23,283 bases of DNA from Candidatus Hodarchaeota archaeon (GTDB taxonomy: Archaea; Asgardarchaeota; Heimdallarchaeia; Hodarchaeales; Hodarchaeaceae). Below are positions 16,901-23,283 of the stretch, piece after piece. The first letter of the stretch is position 1, and the number at the start of each line of letters is the position of its first letter. The stretch covers positions 1 to 23,283 of the forward strand of contig JAEOTQ010000123.1 in NCBI GenBank assembly GCA_016839785.1. Direction: 5' to 3'. Made by a program: the position numbers and the translations under genes. The notes beneath the pieces were generated by a model, which ran no database searches, was not told the origin of the DNA, and worked only from the letters and a program-made list of their open reading frames with translations.

Positions 16901-19683
16901 ACCGACCCAGTTCCCGAAACTGCCCTTCTTCTAACCCGACTATGAAGGGTAATACTTGTAATACTTCCGCTAAATTCGTTTTGGAGGCCTTTAAGTTTGA
17001 ATGAGCTATAACGATTTGAGGCATCAATGGAACTGTAGATAAAACTCCCATCATCATCTGATTCTACCTCATCGACTGCTAGATAATCCTGTACTACACC
17101 AAACCGATTATAATGATTCCAAGTTTGTGTATATCCCGGTGCCCATGGTCTCATATTTACATTCTCATCTGTTTGTCCTAATTGTCCACTGTCAATAATA
17201 ATATCCTTTTTTCTTCCATAAGATTCAGCTAACCACCAGTTGCTATTTTCAACCTCGCTAGCAACGCTATAGAAGCTACTAGGATCGTCTAGATTTGTAA
17301 ATTCTGTTGCGATATGATCTGAGGATAACAACTGTTGTGAAAAACGGATGTCATCGATCTTACCATCAAAAAAGTCAGAATTACCTGAAGTTGCACCAAG
17401 TGTAAACGGTGCAGAAGTTACGAATCCATTCATCCAGAGTAGGGAAGCACCAGCTGGTGGCCCATATCCCTTTTTTATGGCAGTATCGTTTGTACCATCT
17501 ATAAATAGGTTCCAGTTTGATGTGGATACTCCTGTATCAAACGTAATCGTAAAATGATGCCAACTTCCGATCATAAGGTTGAAGTTGGATATTGAATTCA
17601 GGAAATATCCGTCATCATCATCGTCTGATGCAATAAAATAGAGTTTACCATCTGTTTGATTAATGTATAATGTATAGCCCGTGAAATCATCTATATCGCT
17701 TTGAGTCTTGTCTATGATTACATCAGTATTAGAGGAACTAGCTCGATAAATCCATCCAGATAAAGTGTAAAGATATCCAACTCCCGAGTCAGTGTTTAGT
17801 TCATTAAGATCTAAGATATCAATATCCCCCATCTCCACATAATCGTTTGTACCATCAAAATTTTGTGCAGTGCCAACTACTCCAATTGAATCATCATTTC
17901 CATGTTGATTACCATGATTAGTATTTGCAGTAGAATCAGTGTGAGCATTTACTGCTGTACCCTCATCATTTACGGACTCATCGAGGTGCCATACACCGAG
18001 ATAATCATTCCAAACTGTACTCGGACTATGATAGCCATAATTCGCTTGATTTCCATAATACAGGGTAATAAGAGTATCAGTATTAGCATATAGGGTATCT
18101 ACTTGAACCCAAACACGTAAATGAGCATGTGTGGTGTTGAACAGCTGGTTCCATTCCTCAACCTCATAATAAAGCTCTTTAGTTGTACCTTGATTTTTGA
18201 ATACAAGATTATCACCACTACTTTGAATTCTCCCATCTTTACGAAGATCAGTATCATAAATATCAAACAAAACATTGATCTGTGAAAGATCGCTACTTCC
18301 AGAAACTTTAGTATTATCAATTACTAAATCTTTTCTAAATCTGTAAAGTTCTGATGAAGGAGGTTCTTCTAGCGCACCTACTGAATAGAAAGAGTAAGGG
18401 GAATACTGATTGTTAAATTCTGTGCCTATCCAATTTGCCGAACGGGCAACATTTGAAAGCCGCACTTCATCAATTTTTCCATCATAATACCGATCATCTG
18501 CCCCAGTATTTACATTAGCTAAAATAACGGGTAAAGTTGAATCATCAATAGAATCTCCATCTTTAAAATAATTGTTACTATCTTGTGATCCATCAATGTA
18601 TAAATAAATTCTTTCTGAAGCACTATCCCATGTGAAAGCTACATGATGCCATGTACCAGTCGTGAATGTTAGGACAGAGTCTCGACTGATAGCTGCAGAT
18701 CCTCCAATACCATCTGTTGATAATCGAACTCTCAATCGATCATTTGAACCACTATTGACTACAGCTAAGGATATGATATGCTCTGCTGTTACTCCAGATG
18801 GAGATTTGCAAATAATACGATCATCACCAGTTGTATCATGGAAAATCCATGCTTGAGCAGTAACCCCAGTCCAAGAATTCGAATTTACATCTCCAATGTT
18901 TATTAGATCATTTGATCCATCGAAATCTATACTTCCATCAAAGATTCCTTCTACTTGATCAGAACTTGTCATAGAACCTGTTGATGTTCCATCATTATTA
19001 TTAGCGGTACTATCATAGATTGTTCCCGTCGGATCTTCACTTAGATGATATATCCCCTCATAATTATTAGCCCATACTCCAGTTGGATTAGCTTGATTAG
19101 GAATTGTGTCGTTGCCGAAATACATAGAGATTGTGGTATCTGTTGAACTTAATAGATCCGTTTTAACCCATGCAATTAATCGGGGAATTTCCTGTTCAAA
19201 ACTTTCGACTTCATGATCAAGTTTATTACCACTCGCATCTGTGAACATTATATCATAACCAGTTGATTGACGTACCCCGAAAAGATCCTTATCTCCATAA
19301 AGATCAATCAATACAGGAAAATCATTCAAATTTGCTAATACTTTAGACGAATCAATTGTTAAATTCTTTCGAAACATGAACCCCGCTCCACCCCAAGTAG
19401 GAAGAGAGAAACTGTTTACAATTTTTGACGACGCGATAGATACGGGATTAATTTCCTTTTTTTCATCAAAATTGGCTAGATCTACAGATGTTAAACGTGG
19501 AACCGAGGATTTCAGACTATCCTCATTTTGTACTGGAATCCCTAATCCTCGTAACAAGTCTGCAGTGAATCCTTCAGCTTCCCCTCCTAATACACTATTG
19601 AGGTTAATCATTAAAGTAAAAACGTTTAACGTTAAAATAGTTAATAACACAATATGTCGTAATTGAAATATTCTAAGTCTCAT
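10339..19683 (-). CDS. Giant single-pass surface protein (3114 aa): signal peptide, 3x(DUF2341+LamG), Ig/cadherin-like stalk, TM helix, cytoplasmic folliculin/SMCR8-like longin domain
   Basis: Uninterrupted 9.3-kb ORF with a basic/hydrophobic N-terminus. Three DUF2341-like units (RK.L.ID..., FP...D, DI.F.D..G.KLDH) are each followed by LamG (FDG..D, W.H....T, DG.IDE.R.S). Eleven NxxP/DxDxD repeats follow, with many NxS/T sequons. The TM LLMLAGLAVFLIFIGAIVYV is followed by RFIRK, and the tail contains FDQLHGP and DARGGQ. Confidence 0.9.
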   Translation of the reverse strand: MRLRIFQLRHIVLLTILTLNVFTLMINLNSVLGGEAEGFTADLLRGLGIPVQNEDSLKSSVPRLTSVDLANFDEKKEINPVSIASSKIVNSFSLPTWGGAGFMFRKNLTIDSSKVLANLNDFPVLIDLYGDKDLFGVRQSTGYDIMFTDASGNKLDHEVESFEQEIPRLIAWVKTDLLSSTDTTISMYFGNDTIPNQANPTGVWANNYEGIYHLSEDPTGTIYDSTANNNDGTSTGSMTSSDQVEGIFDGSIDFDGSNDLINIGDVNSNSWTGVTAQAWIFHDTTGDDRIICKSPSGVTAEHIISLAVVNSGSNDRLRVRLSTDGIGGSAAISRDSVLTFTTGTWHHVAFTWDSASERIYLYIDGSQDSNNYFKDGDSIDDSTLPVILANVNTGADDRYYDGKIDEVRLSNVARSANWIGTEFNNQYSPYSFYSVGALEEPPSSELYRFRKDLVIDNTKVSGSSDLSQINVLFDIYDTDLRKDGRIQSSGDNLVFKNQGTTKELYYEVEEWNQLFNTTHAHLRVWVQVDTLYANTDTLITLYYGNQANYGYHSPSTVWNDYLGVWHLDESVNDEGTAVNAHTDSTANTNHGNQHGNDDSIGVVGTAQNFDGTNDYVEMGDIDILDLNELNTDSGVGYLYTLSGWIYRASSSNTDVIIDKTQSDIDDFTGYTLYINQTDGKLYFIASDDDDDGYFLNSISNFNLMIGSWHHFTITFDTGVSTSNWNLFIDGTNDTAIKKGYGPPAGASLLWMNGFVTSAPFTLGATSGNSDFFDGKIDDIRFSQQLLSSDHIATEFTNLDDPSSFYSVASEVENSNWWLAESYGRKKDIIIDSGQLGQTDENVNMRPWAPGYTQTWNHYNRFGVVQDYLAVDEVESDDDGSFIYSSIDASNRYSSFKLKGLQNEFSGSITSITLHSRVRRRAVSGTGSVFSSNIRVFVRPTSVNYYGSSRWAGTGYTSYSDAWSTNPVTGQPWSWDDLSDLEIGVRGYIDYNQTETVVELRITQLYAEITYTRDKDIFNFPLSLDIYDSDLKTDVQPDADDIVFYDTIGRKLDHDMTFDQDFNATHAHLLAHINIPRISISSNTIISMYYGNSTIGNQQNPDAVWDDLYSASWHLDELGGGTDAIKDATSNNNTGTDFGSPTFGTLGVAGTSIRLDGDVAVDDYISIADDPSLRYDTFLTVSAWINPDVTSVWQTIISKMDGQTEHLYFVLDNTNLYIGLHPIRVDWNTGISVTSGTWTHVAVTYNGETIRVYKNGILSASSFGEGILSLESNSNPLYIGYNEGWPNEIWDGFLDEIRLSRTARSTDWLKLTYLNQIPSSTLLTISSENDHAAPVIIDFGIDDPGDGQPIFWANVTDHDASVSSVTLNLNGTYYLMSQNGSGFWIYQPVGVSYGDYYDYQIVNASDTVGNYLTIASIEKNITFYYDSILPGVIDWDYYSGTKKFKANVSDTWGVIDTVIINVTYHENMADTSSLWAIMQNTASGFQNDTIIMIEGTMNFVITVNDTYGNSFTSSEHPGFVLNTPPEASSLNLSQNSSSVLLPVTSNDTLYFLYIYNDAELDPESGSEIRWEKWNDTHWNIQSAYNDLNNITAGALTRDDVWRVQFRPNDGKDFGDWYISGNITIENTVPIAFGTVISPSMPTTNSTLVAEYSWLDVDSGDTETGSQIRWYRDNGNGSGFLLLSQYNDLLQLPENETTKGDQFYFTITPGDGIGLGNTYTSTTITILNTPPTLIVKLNDNAQPATVANDTDLDATYQYSDVDGDSINLTSLEIRWWRFNLTTGKFESVVNGTFTILSTSTNTSELWRVDMWVNDGTDYSEWTSSATISIGVAPNQAPSAFYVNLTSSNPVAGGSLYANYTYYDPEGDSESLTTFRWYKNGIYQPQFDGIRNLLTATLIKGDNWTVEVRPQDNKNDYGEWNSSQPIIILNTVPVVVTAEIFPATNVYTSSTLLINYQGTDIDEDSIITISVVWINGSQEIVGLYNETEVPSSYLKKGETWKYVLRIFDGTNWSANKTSETITVLNSLMSFDSVSLSGGADTLEDIGIGYSYTDLDSDLINLGQTKINWTIEFASGGNLSVDGVWTLSNTYFVAGDTVTVEITPHDGESLGVTWQPYRTRLIIGNAIPTISGQPNILGPENTTDFYASDELHLNYTATDPDFGESSPLYNIDYDPDGYVVGAEYRWYRNGNKVSELNTHIVPIAYLVRGDEWKASVKPRDRFGDFGPWVNSTVIIITNSRPLISEFREVNPYTTSDMNLDIEFTYSDYDGDPINLSNTIIQWYNYSTLIVGTEITVISTEQVGNEYIVVIRLFSDHYIRGDNITVEVQPHDGTEWALQSNTSFGMIIGNARPYAFNVNLQPNGTDTTAYTTDNLNVSWLYSDPDNDLEVTSLAKIIWKNKGIPQPMFENQSSILSDIISKGDVWTVEIFVFDGMEWSKDPKISAPLIVENTPPIIISVAIISDSGNTSETYADTNLEIDFFDGVNYTDVDGDFILYFGTITRWYRNGIHQSSFDNAALLPSSVLFKGDYWYVEVQITDDLVVYSLNQTSQNITIVNKAPTVISVTLTGNEYIGFFVESEDVSISISVFDVDTGDSELSYITWSVNGVYNSLYDNLHTIPSNATQAGDTWNATILASDGFDNATSFAFFSLFIESRPKIHNFTTTIVKEEIDGTFIFSIEMTDALDYDILLGRYDVHLNKSGTLVKTGFLDGNATHWFFVFELLDYADGTYFNTSAIITITAQSIIGVTTIASFNFTLIDGVAPRIKTTGGSSGVWYEKDIDPNPTNLTFYAAIEEYGSGVSSVVLYYYLNLVESEGDGSSIVQEDNEFIPLEMSYLRTEGETLIYTVSVEYIQDGNDYEPLFFVSTSDVAGNSNPNAFDIRNHPERIELISFQPGGLPPELLMLAGLAVFLIFIGAIVYVRFIRKPEIVGLDKELVMKGVADVDEEEIIADVDRHTLGLVVSFFDQLHGPIPIIVIPEMLKDNYSKLVALSDRSFSGTGFSDDYTSEVPSSYDFVLGEQLRISVMSFGFALDKPDARGGQENLTMNILVHKDIFNLVEQFKDEIQEKVHNFHMTMASDSGNKVLIRVKANEVRKYVSAIILSYVNIYGTTDLIEDDED
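11737..15123 (-). repeat. Eleven degenerate ~100-aa cadherin/Ig-like protein repeats
   Basis: Units start NTPP, NTVP, NTPP, NQAP, NTVP, NSLM, NAIP, NSRP, NARP, NTPP and NKAP. Each contains Y..D.D.D, a conserved W (for example IRWY.NG), GD.W.V.V.P.DG and a terminal I.I strand. The repeat is visible at protein level only. Confidence 0.85.
15739..19380 (-). repeat. Three tandem DUF2341 + LamG/concanavalin-like modules
   Basis: Repeated blocks FRKNLTID / FRKDLVID / RKKDIIID; ISMYFGN / ITLYYGN / ISMYYGN; YHLSE / WHLDE / WHLDE; YDGKIDEVRLS / FDGKIDDIRFS / WDGFLDEIRLS. Confidence 0.85.
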
Positions 19684-19690
19684 AATACAT

Positions 19691-19695
19691 CCACC
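19691..19695 (-). promoter_or_regulatory. Ribosome-binding site GGTGG of the giant gene
   Basis: CCACC on the + strand reads GGTGG on the - strand, 7 nt upstream of ATG 19683. Confidence 0.55.
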
Positions 19696-20044
19696 AACAG
19701 ATTCTGACCGAGTGAATCAGGAAATATCAGAAATCTCGCTTTTGAATATGTCTCGGGCCAAGAAATTCGCCAAGATGATAGGATATGCCGAATTTGGACA
19801 GATTCATAATCATTGGCTTAACCGTCTTATTGCAGTTAAGCGAATTAAACTTAATATACATTCCCTAATCCTTTTACTAGAGAAGTTATCCATAGTATTG
19901 AAATTCTACGATAATAGTAATAAATTTCAATAGAGAATAACCAGTTGAGATGAAGTTATTTTGTAAGCACTTCTTTCACCATGAATTTTCTTCACTATAA
20001 TTTCGAAAATTATCTTAACACCAGCGTATCTGTCTAACTTAATC

Positions 20045-21442
20045 ATGAACAGATGTACAATTGGTAAAATGTCTATTTTCTTGCTTTTATTTGTTATCTC
20101 TCAGAGTAATCCGAATTTACAGGCAAATTTAGGTCAAGTTGCCTATCTATCTCCCGATCAAGATCTTCCAAGGGATCACTTCAGAAAATTCATCGTAATA
20201 ACCTGGGATGGAACCAGGGCGAGATGGCTTGATGAATTTTCAAGGTCAGGTGAGCTTTCAACTGTTCAAACATTGAGAGAGGAAGGAGGAGAAGCCTACC
20301 TTAAATTAGGCACCACTATACCATCTACAGATCCATGTCTAGCAACAATTGAAACAGGACTCGGGCCAGATGATAACAAAATCAATTCTAATCAATTTTA
20401 TTCCAATACTCTTGGAATCAGTATTCCAAATGGACTTCAGACATCTGAACGTTTTAAGTATTTCTTTGGTGAAGAATTTAATAAAGGTCATCTGAATAGC
20501 TGGATGCATCACGACGCTAATGACTCGATATTCGCTTTTCCTGACGGTCACATTGGTCAACGAGAAAGATACGATTCCATATTCCTTAATGCCCAACCAG
20601 GAATCGATGTTGATCATTGGTTTGCCAGTGAAAATGTTAGCTGGAATCCAGAAGATGAAGTTTCCCATCTCGCATCTTTTGATGAGCATTGGTACGGTTC
20701 CTGGATTCATGGCAATACATCAAATGGAATCCTCTCACCCTATGATCCATCCAAGTACTCTTCATTTGGATATATCGAAAGATATTCAGAAGACTATGAC
20801 CAAGATATTCAGTATTGGAACACCCTGTTACTGAATGCACAATTTCTAGCAGAGGAAGCATCGAGATTTATAGATTCGTATAGCTCTGAGGACTTCTATC
20901 TTCGAATCCATATGACTGAACCTGACTATATTGGACATCGGTATGGTGAAACAACCGATTGGCATAGTTTCAATCAAATTTCTCCTGAGTATTTAAAAAG
21001 TTTAGAAGAATGTGATTCTGCTGTTGAAATAATAACACAGAGTTTAAAATCACACGATATTTATAACGACACATTTTTACTAGTGGGGGCTGATCACAGT
21101 TTTCTTGGGACTTCCCATTCAGAAGATCCTGTTCTTTGGATAAGTAATCAGGAGATATGGGGATATTTTAAGGATCAACAGTCCTCCCCAACCTATGGTT
21201 ATCAACATGATATCCAACCGACAGTGTTAGCCCTGGCAGGAGCCAAATGGATTACAATTAATTATCCTTTGGCAATACCGCTCTTTGATCTCTATGGGAA
21301 TAATACTAGACCAACCCAGTCAATACCAAGCATTATCACGACGACATCTACTGACTCTAAAAAATCAGGTACTATTTTAATACCCATCTTTCCCCTCTTC
21401 ATTTCCTTAATTGTCATAGCTTTTGAGAAAAAAAGACGGTAA
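20045..21442 (+). CDS. Secreted, C-terminally anchored alkaline phosphatase superfamily enzyme (nucleotide pyrophosphatase/phosphodiesterase-like)
   Basis: Signal-like N-terminus, metal ligands in FIVITWDG, EPDYIGH and GADH, nucleophile segment STDP...TIETG and DIQPTVL. It ends in a Thr/Ser-rich linker, a hydrophobic helix and KKRR. Confidence 0.85.
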   Translation: MNRCTIGKMSIFLLLFVISQSNPNLQANLGQVAYLSPDQDLPRDHFRKFIVITWDGTRARWLDEFSRSGELSTVQTLREEGGEAYLKLGTTIPSTDPCLATIETGLGPDDNKINSNQFYSNTLGISIPNGLQTSERFKYFFGEEFNKGHLNSWMHHDANDSIFAFPDGHIGQRERYDSIFLNAQPGIDVDHWFASENVSWNPEDEVSHLASFDEHWYGSWIHGNTSNGILSPYDPSKYSSFGYIERYSEDYDQDIQYWNTLLLNAQFLAEEASRFIDSYSSEDFYLRIHMTEPDYIGHRYGETTDWHSFNQISPEYLKSLEECDSAVEIITQSLKSHDIYNDTFLLVGADHSFLGTSHSEDPVLWISNQEIWGYFKDQQSSPTYGYQHDIQPTVLALAGAKWITINYPLAIPLFDLYGNNTRPTQSIPSIITTTSTDSKKSGTILIPIFPLFISLIVIAFEKKRR

Positions 21443-21457
21443 CATTAAATATATCAA

Positions 21458-21468
21458 TTTTCTTTTTT
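21458..21468 (+). terminator. Possible archaeal oligo-T terminator
   Basis: TTTTCTTTTTT begins 15 nt after the phosphodiesterase stop codon. Confidence 0.35.
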
Positions 21469-21565
21469 AGGTGGATACTAGAGGTTGAACCATGTTAGTA
21501 TTCATCATTTTTACACTTCTTTGCCAATAATCGTACCTTTTTAGGTAGATATTCGATAACCACAA

Positions 21566-21590
21566 TCTATATATAGAATCAATATATAGA
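21566..21590. promoter_or_regulatory. Candidate PadR operator / TATA region: tandem 12-bp palindromes
   Basis: TCTATATATAGA (perfect palindrome, 21566-21577) and TCAATATATAGA (one mismatch, 21579-21590), ending 12 nt before the PadR start. Confidence 0.55.
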
Positions 21591-21602
21591 CTGTAAACAG
21601 AG

Positions 21603-21950
21603 TTGAAATCATTGGACTTGGAAAAAGAACAGCAAAAATTCGAGATTGAGTTCAAGAAGGGATTTTCAAAGCCTTTACTGCTTTTCGCTCTCGCAGAAAC
21701 ACCAGATTATCCCTTTCAAATCTCCAAAACCCTCAGAGAAAAGACCAAAGAAAAGATTAAAATTGAAGGATCTAATATTTATCCTATTCTCAAAAATTTA
21801 GAAGAAAATGGATTGATACGGGGAGTAAAAGAGGGCGACTCCCGCAAAAGGATATATTCATTGACAGGTGATGGAAAGAAATTCTTAGTTTCCTTACAAC
21901 AGTCAATGAAAGAGTTTATTGATATTATCCAAGAAATGATTGATACTTAA
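21603..21950 (+). CDS. PadR-family transcriptional regulator
   Basis: KKG...LLL..L....YPFQI....., GSNIYPILKNLEENGLI and RKRIYSLTGDGK, which is the PadR winged-helix pattern. TTG start. Confidence 0.92.
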   Translation: MKSLDLEKEQQKFEIEFKKGFSKPLLLFALAETPDYPFQISKTLREKTKEKIKIEGSNIYPILKNLEENGLIRGVKEGDSRKRIYSLTGDGKKFLVSLQQSMKEFIDIIQEMIDT

Positions 21951-21967
21951 AGATGTGTTGAAATAAA

Positions 21968-22690
21968 ATGGGTAAAAAATCCAAGATAAATCAAATAGAT
22001 TTGTATATCGACGAGGTAAGTCGATACCTTCCATATCCAAAGGAAAAGAAACAAGATGCTCTAGATGAACTTCGTATAGATGTTCAGTCAGCACTGAATG
22101 AGTCTGAAGGAAAAACTCCTTCTTCAGTATTTGGATCACCTCGTGACGTCGCTTTGAACGTGAGTCAAGGAAATAATTGGCATAACGAACGTGTTAATTG
22201 GCTTACTCGATTCTTTGCCTGGATGATAGACATTTTTGCCTTAATGGCAATAATACTGGTATTTCTCTCTGCAGGATTTCTACTACTTATAATCACAATT
22301 ATTCCTTTTGATGATTTGATGAATGAATTCTCAAACTGGGAAACGGGAGTTGTCGATCTTTCACTTCAAGGGATTCTTCTGTTAACCTTTATTTCTATTC
22401 TAACGATTCTTACCGTAATAATATTCGTTGGGTATAATGTTGTATTAGAATATAGATACGGGACTACCATCGGTAAGAAGCTCTTCCACTTAGCTGTCGT
22501 CGATCAAACGGGAATAAAAATCACCTGGAAACAGGCGATTATTCGTAATTTCTCTAAAATCTTCGTATTTCAAGAATTTTTACCAATCGATGTCATTTTA
22601 GGTATGATTCTAGAAAGGTTTGACCCAGAAAAGACAAATAGGCAACGTGGTATGGATATTTTAGCAGAGACGATTGTTGTTAGTGTTTAG
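21968..22690 (+). CDS. RDD-family membrane protein with N-terminal HAAS-like signalling domain
   Basis: The N-terminus YIDEVSRYL...ALDELR...VFGSPRDVA is HAAS/DUF1700-like. RDD motifs RFFAWMID, GTTIGKKLFHLAVV, AIIRN and RQRGMDILAETIVV follow, with hydrophobic helices. Confidence 0.88.
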   Translation: MGKKSKINQIDLYIDEVSRYLPYPKEKKQDALDELRIDVQSALNESEGKTPSSVFGSPRDVALNVSQGNNWHNERVNWLTRFFAWMIDIFALMAIILVFLSAGFLLLIITIIPFDDLMNEFSNWETGVVDLSLQGILLLTFISILTILTVIIFVGYNVVLEYRYGTTIGKKLFHLAVVDQTGIKITWKQAIIRNFSKIFVFQEFLPIDVILGMILERFDPEKTNRQRGMDILAETIVVSV

Positions 22691-22708
22691 GAAGAAAGTG
22701 AGTATGTT

Positions 22709-23185
22709 ATGGCAGGTATAGCACACTTAGGGATTGGATTAGCCTTTAAGCTTCTCCTCCCTGATGTTTCAGTAATAGTTCTAGTTTTATGCTCATATCT
22801 TATCGATTTGTTATTCTTAGTTTTTATGATTGCGGGTCTAGAAGATATGCCAAGTTCTGAACGTATAACAGAGGCTCCATGGTCTCACAGTCTATTGATG
22901 GCCACAATCTGGTCTATTCTTACTTTTTTAATTGTTATGCTACTTAGTCAGGATTCTTATACTAGCATCATCATTGGACTTTTGGTCTTCAGTCACTGGG
23001 TGATAGACTTCATTGTTTCCCCAATGACCTATGCTTTCCCTAATGATACTGGAAAATTACTCCATCCTTTTGGAAAGTCACCCAAAGTAGGGCTCGGAGT
23101 TATGAAAACCAAAACTGGAGTTATAATAATAGAAGGAGGATCTCTTATTATTGGGGGAGCAATTTTTATTTCTACTTTGTTTTGA
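22709..23185 (+). CDS. Membrane-bound metal-dependent hydrolase (YdjM-like)
   Basis: Highly hydrophobic, with ligand pattern AH(LGIG), ID(LL), WSHSL and SHWVID. Confidence 0.78.
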   Translation: MAGIAHLGIGLAFKLLLPDVSVIVLVLCSYLIDLLFLVFMIAGLEDMPSSERITEAPWSHSLLMATIWSILTFLIVMLLSQDSYTSIIIGLLVFSHWVIDFIVSPMTYAFPNDTGKLLHPFGKSPKVGLGVMKTKTGVIIIEGGSLIIGGAIFISTLF

Positions 23186-23218
23186 AATGATGTAATTTAA
23201 GCAATAAGATGATAAATC

Positions 23219-23283
23219 ATGAATAATACGATTTTAGTGTATGCCACCCGATGGGGTGCAACAACAGAGACAGCAAAAGAAAT
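23219..23283 (+). CDS. Flavodoxin-domain protein (HemG/Flavodoxin_5-like), truncated by the window end
   Basis: Not in the ORF track. ATG 23219 reads MNNTILVYATRWGATTETAKE, matching the flavodoxin first strand and FMN phosphate-binding loop (Y-x-T-x-x-G-x-T-x-x-x-A). Confidence 0.8.
   Translation, partial: MNNTILVYATRWGATTETAKE

Noticed and set aside
11608-19666. Numerous 60-96-aa ORFs inside the giant gene
   Set aside because: They are alternative-frame or antisense shadows of a continuous ORF with a coherent domain structure.
19712-19933. 73-aa ORF in the divergent intergenic region
   Set aside because: It has a GTG start and no motif, and it occupies the expected promoter region of the giant gene, so it is probably non-coding.
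20339-22139. ORFs 20339-20710, 20520-20834, 20637-20861, 21467-21655 and 21903-22139
   Set aside because: They overlap better-supported genes and have no recognisable features.
1-23283. Mobile element, provirus, tRNA or rRNA
   Set aside because: I saw no transposase, integrase, viral structural gene, terminal repeats or GC-rich structured RNA segment.

Overview
AT-rich archaeal DNA, most likely from an Asgard archaeon (inferred from Rag-type GTPases, roadblock/longin domains, GGTG-type ribosome-binding sites and a sequon-rich giant surface protein). There are three blocks. (1) 447-5696: an acyl-CoA/acetate operon with a CoA-transferase fused to a Pat-type GNAT, a fused ADP-forming acyl-CoA ligase and a BioD-like/DRTGG protein. 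(2) 5856-19683: a four-gene locus arranged longin -> <- Rag | Rag -> <- longin. It holds a soluble longin-like protein, a RagA/Gtr1-like GTPase with a roadblock tail, a second Rag-like GTPase with a Pro-rich linker and a duplicated unknown domain, and a 3114-aa single-pass surface protein (3x DUF2341+LamG, 11 cadherin/Ig-like repeats). The cytoplasmic tail of the giant protein resembles the folliculin/SMCR8 longin (uDENN) domain, including the ARG arginine-finger motif. This block is the candidate undescribed system: a surface receptor/adhesin acting directly as a GAP for Rag-type GTPases. (3) 20045-end: a surface-anchored alkaline-phosphatase-superfamily enzyme, a PadR + HAAS-RDD + membrane hydrolase operon and the start of a flavodoxin-like gene. 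All domain calls are by eye from motifs. Eukaryotic comparison sequences are recalled from memory and need confirmation by profile and structure searches.
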